Below, piece after piece: positions 16,701 through 25,046 of a DNA stretch of 56,497 nucleotides. The notes under the pieces were generated by a model. It was not told the origin of the DNA, ran no database searches, and saw only the letters and a program-made list of their open reading frames with translations. Made by a program: the position numbers and the translations under genes. The stretch is taken from NCBI GenBank assembly GCA_964640545.1, contig CAZXHL010000004.1:1-56497 (forward strand), written 5' to 3'. Positions within the stretch are counted from its first letter, which is position 1, and each line of letters opens with the position of its first letter. The DNA is from an uncultured Bacteriovorax sp. (GTDB lineage Bacteria > Bdellovibrionota > UBA2428).

Positions 16701-17009
16701 TTTTCCTAAGCTAATAGGAAGCGTAAGAATCGCCTTAGGAATGACAACGGGGTTGAAACTGTCTGTCGACTTTGGAAGCAGGGTAACCGGCTTGCCAAGC
16801 CCGACAGAGCACTTTCTCAAGTCGCCGACCTCTACCGCGATGCTAATTGGGAGTTCAGTTGCGGGAATCTGCTGGCGTGAACCGCCATGGTATTGAGTAG
16901 ACAGCTGGCGCTTTTGATTGGGAAATTGAGAACGACCGGGATTCTGCTGAGCCATAGCTTGCCCCATAGCAAAAAACAAAGCCAAGCCCCCAAAAACCCA
17001 ATTCCCCAT
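13728..17009 (-). CDS. Giant exported protein (1093 aa), unknown function, periodic cysteines
   Basis: Signal peptide GGLALFFAMGQAMA|QQ. Predicted mostly helical by composition. I count 20 Cys, most in a recurring [EQDN]-C-[VLAM] context (EQCLAV, EDCLGV, EQCAVD, DQCVEK, EECVSQ, ENCVAD and others). Basic tail PKPKKGRRRG. No recognisable domain. Confidence 0.7.
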   Translation of the reverse strand: MGNWVFGGLALFFAMGQAMAQQNPGRSQFPNQKRQLSTQYHGGSRQQIPATELPISIAVEVGDLRKCSVGLGKPVTLLPKSTDSFNPVVIPKAILTLPISLGKVVGWTFLSSEKRASLVSDAVFSEASNSKEMSAILSRQQLKTVSMEVGQYFKDYKVFPGNLAVGKVAYKNFARAMVANTFADLKLGCTEADLNWLSSIVLEEFEQCLAVKTTESQLEDCLGVADVTAAYKIGVLASQMLIAQTLKDQNLSDLDMAKFVKHGREYYEQCAVDRVLMKLKSDKTIETQVCVAAAMLEVTRALAKQKSKEVLLESGFTEKEALHAQSRIFDLNQKACSFSVAFGDRQLSPNAASHDLLVPYFKKGGRGSTGIKEEIFKCLNEVTTKAGSEVVGKRLVDTPEIKEHLDGLVLASMGHNRFAKDDGTPPRAIPVDEYERQYHLQQTALQEKVINEIYSPCVERLKKSLKPGEILDPTKCEDEILTSTTAIVLEHQLGSQFREMAKSLPREAHANVQKIIRDHDLCVKAHYKAVGNDFETRLDDADLVECTKLSITEFVKLKARYELPSQIREKVHNQYDFIKESPEELFPDMKEQIDRIADQCVEKTFKDVKSTKDIQTHIPQLEPNCMEALTNHTLLEITPKVAERVLYHELAKSLPPGMKAADVAGPFRKDFLKCVFGENGNGGISSNQSTELLEKSLNACVDVYVSNSVGNVAALMARDNAEKFLKSVDPKEHETDVSEVEALARRTYEECVSQSKGSIVSGTEEERALYMAHLKNCAYTAAPVAGAEVIKRWTHSADFRTVLPEIKDPTELDSFVIQGTAACKRYLREKENCVADLEAVQNSLNENARNGFPLSPSGVVLQSKLGERIIKSELANAVSGQLDALIPQSADDKFGSFKKNSIREIVSPQYLDKLLATKDGVAIVSKLKANMLADPEYDAKTDKELSSELTKLLMSDTSHEGFVDRILYAVAAPSYEKQVGEIVQGQTVPDNPWYKGGKKAGFWLGIVGSKISPEMVSYYPWVAQTPSAQKARDYLKDEVLGPMLDDGAALTPKQMEEHEEAIGELLGDAAAEATKTKEKIQNPPKPKKGRRRG

Positions 17010-17155
17010 ATCTCTATATTCGGGATTTCGTTGCCGTTTGAACAGTTAAGTTTGTGTTAAGAACTATTTCTTAATTTGACCAACGGAAGGCAGTCTGATT
17101 CATTTTCTTAAACAATTCTTAACGTTTATGGCTAGGCACCGATATCAGAGCCCTA

Positions 17156-17184
17156 TTGACTTGTACTTGATAGGTCGATAAAAG
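17156..17184 (+). promoter_or_regulatory. Candidate sigma70-type promoter for tRNA-Val
   Basis: TTGACT (17156..17161), a 17-nt spacer, then TAAAAG (17179..17184). This ends 17 nt upstream of the tRNA 5' end. Confidence 0.35.
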
Positions 17185-17200
17185 AGGGGCTCAACTGAAG

Positions 17201-17277
17201 AGTCCCTTAGCTCAGTTGGTTAGAGCGCTTCGTTGACATCGAAGAGGTCGGCAGTTCGAGTCTGCCAGGGACTACCA
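17201..17277 (+). tRNA. tRNA-Val (anticodon GAC), CCA encoded
   Basis: Folded by hand as AGTCCCT/TA/GCTC-AGTTGGTTA-GAGC/G/CTTCG-TTGACAT-CGAAG/AGGTC/GGCAG-TTCGAGT-CTGCC/AGGGACT/A/CCA. The 7-bp acceptor stem is perfectly paired, GTTCGAGT forms the T-loop, and the anticodon loop is TT-GAC-AT. Confidence 0.92.
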
Positions 17278-17342
17278 TATGGCTTTCTCGCTGCCGCTCG
17301 AAAACTTAGCCTGCGGCTGATGGCTTTCTCGACACACAATCC

Positions 17343-19517
17343 CTACAAAGCCTTATAAATAAATCCAACCTTTGGCCAGTAACGTGTAATGGTTTGTCCA
17401 ACGTTGTTGGGGTCAGCTTTTCTTTGAACATCAAAACTAAAGAACCAACACTTCGCCTTTGTAGACTCGTAAAGAATTTTATAATTCTCTTCGATAAAAG
17501 TATCTGTTATCGCGTCGTAACTGCCTGAAGCGCCAAAAGTCCACGGTTGAAGAATTCTCAAGACGAGATCTCCTCCGTATTGTTCCAAATCCTCACGAAT
17601 CGACTGGATCAACCTAATGTCAAAGCGTGGCTTTGTGACGGAGAACTCATTTCTAAAATTCGCATCTCCACTTCCAGGGTTGATGGACATCTCGGTAGCG
17701 AGACGATAGCCATTGTAGCCGCCAAAAGCTGAAATGTTAATGTTCTCACCAACACGCGTTTTGATATCCACGTCCTGAGACACACTCATTCCAAACAACT
17801 CAGTGTATTCTTTGCTACCATTTCTCTCGACCCGCCCGATGAGTCGACTCCCCAATCCCCACGAAAGCAAGTGGTGAGTTCCCAAACGGCGTTCTACGTT
17901 TGCAGTACCCAATTTTGACAACTCTTCACTATCTCTCGGATCAAAAATGTCGAATTTGGGAGAGGATACCGAACTGCCGCCAGCTGTGTACGGCTGATTG
18001 AAAAAGTCATGAGTGCTTCTCCAGTCATTTGGCGAATACCCCCAAGACAAACTCGGCTCGATGGTATGTTTGATAGCCTGCAATTCGCCCCAGTCTACGT
18101 CGTAGACTTTAGACAATTGTGCATTTAATTTTTCTTCAAGAGTAACACGAGCCCTATAAGCAGTGGTATCCGAAACTTGCGGCGCAAATTGATAATGATC
18201 GGCCCTCATCTCAACAAGAGATTCCGATAGTAAAACATTAAATACGTAAAAAGGAGCGTAGATTCTCAGCTGTCCTGAACTACGATCTCCTTCGCGTATC
18301 CAATCCGTGATGGGATCAATAGGCCCCCCCGAACGCCGAAATGACTGCCTACCAATCGTCCCCGTCATCAAAACCGGTCCCACCAAGTTGATGCTCGGAT
18401 AACTATAAATAAGTTCTGGAAGTAGATGAATCGCTCCGAGACTAGTGTTGTTACTCTCGTTGCGAATCAAATTGTTTCGATTAGCAATTCCTTGAACCCA
18501 AAATACGGAGTTCTCGTCTTGCCAAGCCAAGGAGAGCCGACTACTTAATGCCGGCATTCGATAGTCATTAAAGTCTTCATCAAAACTTGAAGTATATCGT
18601 GGATCACTGGCAATTTCCCCTAGATATCGCTGCACCCAATGAGGGCCTAGCTGATACCTTTCTGAAATCGACAAACCATAACGATGTTCGTCTACATTTT
18701 CTGCAGAGATATTTTTGTTGTAGGAAATCTTCGCATTAGAAAAAGTTCGACTGGAGTAGAGGTATCTATGTTCCATCCCTAAACGATGCCCACCTTCAGT
18801 CATGAAACGATATTCAAAAGTCGCATCCTGATCTTTAGAAATGGCCCAAAAGTAGGGTTGACCAAGTTGTGAACCGACTTCCGGAGAGTAAATGTATCGA
18901 GGAAGCAAAAAGCCAGATTGTCTCTTCACCTTGATGGGAAAATAGAATATTGGAAAATAGGCGATCGGCTGATCCTTGATCTGAAAAAGAGCGTGGTTGA
19001 CCTCGGCATAACCCTCCAGCTCCAATTCGATCGAGGCCCCAAAAACACTCCAGGCCTGAGGGCAATCCTGACAAAGGCTCACCTTTCCATTCACGATCTT
19101 AAATTTCTGATCTCCAAGTGATTCGATCTTCGAACCGCTCATATAAACACCGGAGTCTGAAGTGAGAACCGCATCAAAGAAGACTCCTGTTGAATCATCC
19201 GTAGAAACGGTGGCTTTTGCAGCAACAATTTTATAAGGTTTTTCGATTAAAACTACATTTCCCGTAGCGTTGATTCTTTGCTCATTAGATAAGTATTCAA
19301 CATCATCTGCCCTAAGTTCGCGGCTTTGAATCTGAACTTTTACATTTCCGCTTGCATGAGTAACCTTGGTTTTGAGGTTGGTCTCATATTCATCTGAAGA
19401 AAATGTAATTTTATTCTGAGCTGATGAAAAATTTGAAAGGAAAATTGTCGTTACAACTACGGAACTCCGGAGATATTTTCTCCACCAAAAACCTATGGAG
19501 CCCAGGGGAAATGTCAT
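17343..19517 (-). CDS. lptD: LPS-assembly outer-membrane protein LptD (OstA)
   Basis: 724 aa. Signal peptide. N-terminal OstA-like region (ADDVEYLSNEQRINATGNVVL...). Long Tyr/Trp/Gly-rich beta-barrel region ending in ...WPKVGFIYKAL. Typical size. Confidence 0.8.
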   Translation of the reverse strand: MTFPLGSIGFWWRKYLRSSVVVTTIFLSNFSSAQNKITFSSDEYETNLKTKVTHASGNVKVQIQSRELRADDVEYLSNEQRINATGNVVLIEKPYKIVAAKATVSTDDSTGVFFDAVLTSDSGVYMSGSKIESLGDQKFKIVNGKVSLCQDCPQAWSVFGASIELELEGYAEVNHALFQIKDQPIAYFPIFYFPIKVKRQSGFLLPRYIYSPEVGSQLGQPYFWAISKDQDATFEYRFMTEGGHRLGMEHRYLYSSRTFSNAKISYNKNISAENVDEHRYGLSISERYQLGPHWVQRYLGEIASDPRYTSSFDEDFNDYRMPALSSRLSLAWQDENSVFWVQGIANRNNLIRNESNNTSLGAIHLLPELIYSYPSINLVGPVLMTGTIGRQSFRRSGGPIDPITDWIREGDRSSGQLRIYAPFYVFNVLLSESLVEMRADHYQFAPQVSDTTAYRARVTLEEKLNAQLSKVYDVDWGELQAIKHTIEPSLSWGYSPNDWRSTHDFFNQPYTAGGSSVSSPKFDIFDPRDSEELSKLGTANVERRLGTHHLLSWGLGSRLIGRVERNGSKEYTELFGMSVSQDVDIKTRVGENINISAFGGYNGYRLATEMSINPGSGDANFRNEFSVTKPRFDIRLIQSIREDLEQYGGDLVLRILQPWTFGASGSYDAITDTFIEENYKILYESTKAKCWFFSFDVQRKADPNNVGQTITRYWPKVGFIYKAL

Positions 19518-20371
19518 GACCCCAGGATACGCAAAACCTTTGAAAGGTAACTTTTAATTTCAGACCTTGGAACGATCTTATCAATCATTCCATGAGCCAA
19601 AAGAAATTCACTTCTTTGAAAACCCTCTGGCAATTTTTCGTTTATTGTCTGCTCGATCACTCGTGGTCCGGCAAACCCAACCAAAGCGTTTGGTTCAGCT
19701 ATATTAATATCTCCAAGCAAAGCAAAAGAAGCAGCCACGCCCCCAGTTGTAGGATCAGTTAGTACCGATACATAGGGAATGCCTTCTTGATTCAGCTTTG
19801 AGAGCACCCCTAAGGTTTTCGCCATCTGCATAAGTGATGATAGCCCCTCTTGCATTCGAGCCCCACCACTTGATTGAAAGATAATGGCTGGCTGTCTCTT
19901 CTCAAGCGAACGCTCAAACAATCTAGAAATCTTCTCACCAACAATGGTTCCCATCGAACCACCCATAAAAGCAAATTCAAAGGCTCCCACCTGAACAGGC
20001 ATTCCGTCAATTTTCGCTTCTCCAGCAAGAAATGCATCTTTCATTCCTGTTTTTTTCTGAGCCGAAGCTAGTCTAGTGACATAAGACTTCGAATCAATAA
20101 AACCCAAAAAGTCTTGGGCCTCTAAGTCCTGGTCATATTCTACAAACGAATTTTCATCCGCGATGGTTTCAACTCGCTTTTGAGAGCCGATTCTAAAATG
20201 ATGCTGGCACTCCGTGCAAACTCCCAACGAGGCCTCAACATGATCATGCTGCAAAATGGCTCCACAACTCGAGCAGCGAACCCAAAAGCCTTCTGGAGCT
20301 TTAAAGATAGAATCGGTTTGTGCCTTTGGGTTCCCCTTAATACCTGGGGTTTGTCGACTTTGAGAACTCAT
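19514..20371 (-). CDS. accD: Acetyl-CoA carboxylase carboxyltransferase beta subunit
   Basis: 285 aa. N-terminal Cys4 zinc ribbon (CSSCGAIL...CTECQHH). Also GGSMG, SGGARMQEG and VLTDPTTGGV. The stop overlaps the lptD start by 4 nt. Confidence 0.92.
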   Translation of the reverse strand: MSSQSRQTPGIKGNPKAQTDSIFKAPEGFWVRCSSCGAILQHDHVEASLGVCTECQHHFRIGSQKRVETIADENSFVEYDQDLEAQDFLGFIDSKSYVTRLASAQKKTGMKDAFLAGEAKIDGMPVQVGAFEFAFMGGSMGTIVGEKISRLFERSLEKRQPAIIFQSSGGARMQEGLSSLMQMAKTLGVLSKLNQEGIPYVSVLTDPTTGGVAASFALLGDINIAEPNALVGFAGPRVIEQTINEKLPEGFQRSEFLLAHGMIDKIVPRSEIKSYLSKVLRILGS

Positions 20372-21033
20372 TTCGCTTCTGTAGCCTTTTCCAGAAGCTC
20401 ACCAAATGGGGGCAAATATCCAGGAACCGGAATCCACATCCACTCCCCATTACGAGCTAAAAATTTTACTTTATTTCCTAAAGTTAAAAATCGATTCATC
20501 TGAGTCTTATCAACTCCGAGTACCTGAGCCGCAGCATCGGGATTAAAAAGGAAAACCCTTCCATCGCCATTCGGGTCGGTCTTTTTTCCGGACGCAGCTA
20601 AGCTAGCAAGGTAAGTTGCAATCCTAACAAAATCATTTTTGTGTATAAGAGCAGATAACTTTGAATTGGCGTCGCGGACTCTTCCCGTAAGAGACGAAAT
20701 CACCTTCATAGCAATTTCGGGAGAACGCCTGATCAAGCCCTCAAAAGCCATGCGATTCAATTCTAGAACGGCAACTTCAGTAACAGACTTCACAGTTGCA
20801 GCTCTAATTTCTTGAGCCCCCATTAAAGCCATTTCTCCGAAAAAATCGCCGTCCTTTAAAGTCGCAAGTACTTTATCTCCAGCGGGAGTGCTTTTGATGA
20901 TGGCCACTTTTCCTGATTTGATAAAGAACATCGTCTGTCCTTCATCGCCCTCTTTACACAAAAAGGATTCAGGCGGGAACCGCTTACCAAACTTCTTAAA
21001 AAATTCTTCGCTTACTTGAATGCCCGAGGACAT
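20368..21033 (-). CDS. Crp/Fnr-family cyclic-nucleotide-binding regulator
   Basis: 221 aa. cNMP-binding beta-roll (GDEGQTMFFIKSGKVAI...DGDFFGEMALM...RAATV). The C-terminal AAAQVLGVDKTQMNRFLTLGNK looks like an HTH. 4-nt overlap with accD. Confidence 0.75.
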   Translation of the reverse strand: MSSGIQVSEEFFKKFGKRFPPESFLCKEGDEGQTMFFIKSGKVAIIKSTPAGDKVLATLKDGDFFGEMALMGAQEIRAATVKSVTEVAVLELNRMAFEGLIRRSPEIAMKVISSLTGRVRDANSKLSALIHKNDFVRIATYLASLAASGKKTDPNGDGRVFLFNPDAAAQVLGVDKTQMNRFLTLGNKVKFLARNGEWMWIPVPGYLPPFGELLEKATEAK

Positions 21034-21048
21034 AGAATCGTTATACCC

Positions 21049-23637
21049 CTATTTTGTCTTCATCGTCCACGAACCGTCCCAGCCCTCTTCAGGCGGAGAC
21101 TCCATCCATAACGCGCAGCGGCTGCTATACATTTCCGAGGTAGGATCTTGTGCTTTGAGCTCGTCAAATTTGACTTGAGCTTCTTTGAATTTGGCGTCGT
21201 AGTAGAGCCTCAAAGCCGTTTCAAATATCTCTGCTTTTTGACTATGCGCGGCCGCATCAGGCCCGGTAGTCTCACCGAGCACTTCAAAAATCACGACTGG
21301 CTCAAGCTTTCCTTTAACCTTTACTCGATCCAGCTCGCGACAAATAAACTCACCCTTCAAATGCTCCTTGGTGGAAGCACTAACGATGAATCGCACTCCA
21401 TATTCTTTCGTCAAACCCTCTAGACGAGATCCCAAGTTCACCGAGTCGCCCATGACAGTGTAAGAGAAGATCCTAGTGGAGCCCATGTTTCCAACGCTCA
21501 TATCACCGGTGTTAACGCCGACCCCGATGTCAATCGGAGGCAACCCCTTTGCCTCCCACTCCACTCTCAGCAAATCAAGCTTTTCGAGCATTCTAAGACC
21601 AGCACGCACAGCCATTCTGGCGTGTTCTTCATAAGGAACAGGTGCTCCAAAGATAGCCATGATGGCATCACCCATATATTTATCAATCGTACCGCGCTCT
21701 TCAATGACGATCTCTGTCATCGGCGTGAGATAGTCGTTCATAAATTGCGCCAACTCAGAAGCTGACATTTTTTCAGAAATACTAGTGAAGCCTCGCACGT
21801 CGGAGAACAAAACAGATAGCTCTTTTTTCTCTCCACCAAGATTCAATTTCTTCGGATCAGAAATAATCGACTTCACCAGATCGGGAGAAACATACTTCTC
21901 GAAGGCTCCCTTAAGGTAAGCCCTATCTTTTCCTTCAGTAAAATACTTGTAGGCAAGAATGGCGGCGAAAACGGCAACCGCACCAACCAAGGTTGAAACA
22001 GCGTCCACAACAACGGACTTGTTCACAAACACCCAATAATCAAAGTACAAACCTGCACCAAGAAAAACAAATACGAGCCAGAGACTAGAAAAACCATTAC
22101 TAAAAGTAACTACTAAAGCAATGATCATGGAAAGCACCCACAAAATCATCAAACTAGTTTGTAGGCTGGTGTCTTTCATGGAATAGGTTTCACTTCCATC
22201 AAGAATCTTGTCGAGCATTCTTGCGGCAGCCGTTGCATGCAAATAAACACCGGCCCCTTGAAAATCAACGGGGTTAGGTCTCAAGTCATAAACACCAACA
22301 CTTGTTGGTCCGATAAGGACAATCATTTTTTCTAATGGCCTTGAGGGATTCAATCCATACGTTTCAATAATTCCAGGGTGATATAAAACGTTAGGCGGTT
22401 CATTAGGATCCGACATCTCCCTCTCAATCAAGCGCCCCAAAGAAACCTTTAAGATCGATGGCCGGCGAGTATTCTGACTTCCATAAAAACGCAAAGGCAA
22501 CGCACCAGAATCATCCACATCTATCAAATTAATTTTTCCGTTCTTCCTATGGATCTCGATGTTTTCAACCCCAATACTGCCCGAAGAGTAGGTTTTTAGA
22601 TTCACACTAAATTCAGGGAACTCGGGGAATCGTTCATCCAAGTTGTCATTGATCTCTGGCGCAGTGTCTACTTTGTCTAAATAGGCGAGGACGGCACGTA
22701 GAGAAAGCGACGGAAAAAAAGTAGCACCTTTAATCCAGTTCTCATTTAAAAACTCAATTTCATCTCCAAGAGTCGTCTCAAGCTGTTGAACATTAAATCC
22801 TCCAACAAGGATAGCCCGGCGAAAGATCCCGTCTGGATCAGCTCTCGCATTAAAGAAACCTTCTTGCCCAGCACTAGAAGTTAATGAAATTCGATTGCCA
22901 ACCGGACAACTAAAAGTTTCGAACAAGACCTTGGAGTCATTTCTGATAACAGGAAAACCTGGGAGTGAAGCCGAATCTCCGGGCCCCACCAACTTTCCAA
23001 ATTGTTTAAAATAATCATCAGAAGAAATTTGTCCGGCTTCTTTGATTTTTTTTAACACTGCAGGATCTGTAAAATTTGTTTCGCTTGAGATAGAGCAGCT
23101 ACCGCCCTCCCAAAGATAACCGAGAACCGTGTTTGTTTTTCTTAGAGATTTGGCAAATATCCGCTCGCCAACCTCGACCATATTATTTTTTAAAACCTGG
23201 ATCTGCTCTCCAGATAGCTCGGCTTTTTCTTTCACCGATCGTTCATCCATTTCAACTCTCGTTTGGATCACATAATCCAGCCATTCAGCAGTTAGTTCAG
23301 GCTCAGCAAACACGACGTCAAACGCCACAGTTTCAGCACCCAAGGCGTATAATCTATTGATGATCTCGGCATAAGTCGCTCTAGGCCAAGGCCAGCGTCC
23401 GTATCTCGCTAAAGACGCATCATCAATCTCCGCAACGACAACTCGTTTTGCAATCTCAGCAGGCTTAGCCTGGAATTTAAAATCATACCAAGATCTCTCT
23501 AATCCATCAAAGATCCTCGTAATACCTGAAGCGCCAGCCATTCTTTCTGTAGCAGGGATATGCCGCTGCCAAAGCACAAAGCTAAAAAAACTAAGAACAA
23601 ACGATGCGATTAAGAATGGTTTTATAAACTTTTTCAT
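21049..23637 (-). CDS. CHASE2-sensor class III adenylate/guanylate cyclase (membrane)
   Basis: 862 aa. N-terminal TM segment, a large periplasmic region with YGRWPWPR (CHASE2-like), then 3 TM helices. Cyclase core: LSVLFSDVRGFTSISE, KYMGDAIMAIFGAP, GVNTGDMSVGNMGS and YTVMGDSVNLGSRLE. Confidence 0.85.
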   Translation of the reverse strand: MKKFIKPFLIASFVLSFFSFVLWQRHIPATERMAGASGITRIFDGLERSWYDFKFQAKPAEIAKRVVVAEIDDASLARYGRWPWPRATYAEIINRLYALGAETVAFDVVFAEPELTAEWLDYVIQTRVEMDERSVKEKAELSGEQIQVLKNNMVEVGERIFAKSLRKTNTVLGYLWEGGSCSISSETNFTDPAVLKKIKEAGQISSDDYFKQFGKLVGPGDSASLPGFPVIRNDSKVLFETFSCPVGNRISLTSSAGQEGFFNARADPDGIFRRAILVGGFNVQQLETTLGDEIEFLNENWIKGATFFPSLSLRAVLAYLDKVDTAPEINDNLDERFPEFPEFSVNLKTYSSGSIGVENIEIHRKNGKINLIDVDDSGALPLRFYGSQNTRRPSILKVSLGRLIEREMSDPNEPPNVLYHPGIIETYGLNPSRPLEKMIVLIGPTSVGVYDLRPNPVDFQGAGVYLHATAAARMLDKILDGSETYSMKDTSLQTSLMILWVLSMIIALVVTFSNGFSSLWLVFVFLGAGLYFDYWVFVNKSVVVDAVSTLVGAVAVFAAILAYKYFTEGKDRAYLKGAFEKYVSPDLVKSIISDPKKLNLGGEKKELSVLFSDVRGFTSISEKMSASELAQFMNDYLTPMTEIVIEERGTIDKYMGDAIMAIFGAPVPYEEHARMAVRAGLRMLEKLDLLRVEWEAKGLPPIDIGVGVNTGDMSVGNMGSTRIFSYTVMGDSVNLGSRLEGLTKEYGVRFIVSASTKEHLKGEFICRELDRVKVKGKLEPVVIFEVLGETTGPDAAAHSQKAEIFETALRLYYDAKFKEAQVKFDELKAQDPTSEMYSSRCALWMESPPEEGWDGSWTMKTK

Positions 23638-24515
23638 GGCCTGGATTCGACGATAAGTTTATAGGATTCCTGACTCGAAAGGCCTTTTGCTTGTGAAAGA
23701 ATTTTGGCCGCTTTTCGTGGCGCCGCATTTCTAAATTCAAGCAGCTCTTCAATTGTCAAAGTAGTCGATTGACTTAAGCTATCGCTAGGACGCCCTTCCA
23801 GAACAATTGTTAGCTCGCCAAGCGCATCATCTTTTTGAAGCTTCGCCTTCACCCGCTCCAGAACCTCAGAAACACTCCCTGAAAAAATTTCTTCATATGT
23901 CTTCGTTAGTTCTCTCGTGAGATGAATGGATCGATCTGCCAAATTGGAAGCAGCTAATTTTTCCAAAGTGTTCACGATCTGATAACGGGTATCAAAAAAT
24001 ACAAAAGTGTTCACTTGATCAACAGCTGACACAAAGCCCTTGAAGGCCTTAGAATCAGCTCCGTCCTTCGGTGCAAATCCATAGAAGGAAAATGGCAAAC
24101 CAAAGCCTCCCGTAGCCTGTATAGCAAGCACAGGAGCACAGGGGCCCGGCAACGCCTCAAAGGACCAACCTTGCTCCCTTGCATACTTGGTAAGGGCAAG
24201 GCCTGGATCATTGATAATAGGAGTTCCTGCATCAGACACGGTGATGACAAGCTTTCCCTCGGCATCACTTTCGAGCTTCGACCAATCCTCAGACCATTCT
24301 TCGCTACCCGGAATCGTCCGAATCTTGACACCAGGTTTCAAGCTCATGTCTAGAGCCTGCAAGAGTGAACGGAATTTTCTCGTATCCTCACAGTAAACGT
24401 AGTCTGCATCCAAAATCACCTGCTTAGCCCTGAGACTCAAATCCAGGGGATTTCCCAATGGCAGGGCCACACTTTTGATGATCGGACTCGTTTTCTTTGC
24501 CATTATTCTATTCAA
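23634..24515 (-). CDS. rsmI: 16S rRNA (cytidine1402-2'-O)-methyltransferase RsmI
   Basis: 293 aa. Tetrapyrrole-methylase fold motifs (LPLGNPLDLSLRA..VL..ADYVYCEDTR, SDAGTPIINDPG). 4-nt overlap with the cyclase start. Confidence 0.8.
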   Translation of the reverse strand: MNRIMAKKTSPIIKSVALPLGNPLDLSLRAKQVILDADYVYCEDTRKFRSLLQALDMSLKPGVKIRTIPGSEEWSEDWSKLESDAEGKLVITVSDAGTPIINDPGLALTKYAREQGWSFEALPGPCAPVLAIQATGGFGLPFSFYGFAPKDGADSKAFKGFVSAVDQVNTFVFFDTRYQIVNTLEKLAASNLADRSIHLTRELTKTYEEIFSGSVSEVLERVKAKLQKDDALGELTIVLEGRPSDSLSQSTTLTIEELLEFRNAAPRKAAKILSQAKGLSSQESYKLIVESRP

Positions 24516-24601
24516 GGTCCGTTCTGAGAGTGAAGCAAGCCCCGACGCATTGTGCAGACAGATTTTTGGCAGGCACTTTGGCGTGGAGTCTGTAACAATA
24601 G

Positions 24602-24997
24602 ATGTATATGAAAGCCAAAATTCGCAAAGAAAACGATTGTACTGTGGTTGAGCTCAGTGGGTTCATTGACTACGAAACCCTGACCCCCCTGACTCGTCAA
24701 CTTCAAGAGATCTACCGTGAAAATGAAGCCTCAAAAGTTGTGATCAACATGCGCGGCCTAAATTTTGTGGGTAGTTCTGGAATCTCAACCTTTGTGAAAT
24801 CGCTGGGCGTTTTCAATCGACTCAAAATGAAACCTTCCTACTGTGGATTGAAGAAAGAGTTTCACCGGATGTTCAAGCTTTTTGAAGATCGTGGCAATTT
24901 TGAAATTCTAGAAGACGAATGCGAAGCTCAAGAAGCTGCGATACTTCGGTTCGAAGCATGGCAAAAACGCACTATTCGCAGTTCCGAAACTCACTAA
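24602..24997 (+). CDS. STAS-domain protein (anti-sigma-factor-antagonist-like)
   Basis: 131 aa. CTVVELSGFIDYET...VVINMRGLNFVGSSGIS is typical of SpoIIAA-like STAS proteins. No partner kinase or phosphatase lies nearby. Confidence 0.65.
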   Translation: MYMKAKIRKENDCTVVELSGFIDYETLTPLTRQLQEIYRENEASKVVINMRGLNFVGSSGISTFVKSLGVFNRLKMKPSYCGLKKEFHRMFKLFEDRGNFEILEDECEAQEAAILRFEAWQKRTIRSSETH

Positions 24998-25046
24998 TAT
25001 TTTTTTCTGAAATACCCCAAAGAACAAACCGAAGCAGGCAGCCTTA

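Noticed and set aside
3036-17009. Calling the exported-protein block a horizontally acquired genomic island on compositional grounds
   Set aside because: I cannot compute GC or codon-usage skew reliably by eye, and no boundary repeats or mobility genes were seen. Testing this needs a sliding-window GC/tetranucleotide analysis and a synteny comparison.
17279-17331. 12-nt direct repeat ATGGCTTTCTCG (17279..17290 and 17320..17331) just 3' of tRNA-Val, considered as att-site remnants of an integrated island
   Set aside because: The repeat does not overlap the tRNA 3' end, and no integrase or mobility gene occurs anywhere in the window. The flanking gene on that side is core (lptD). It is more likely a chance repeat or part of the tRNA terminator region (GCCGC...GCGGC stem between the copies).
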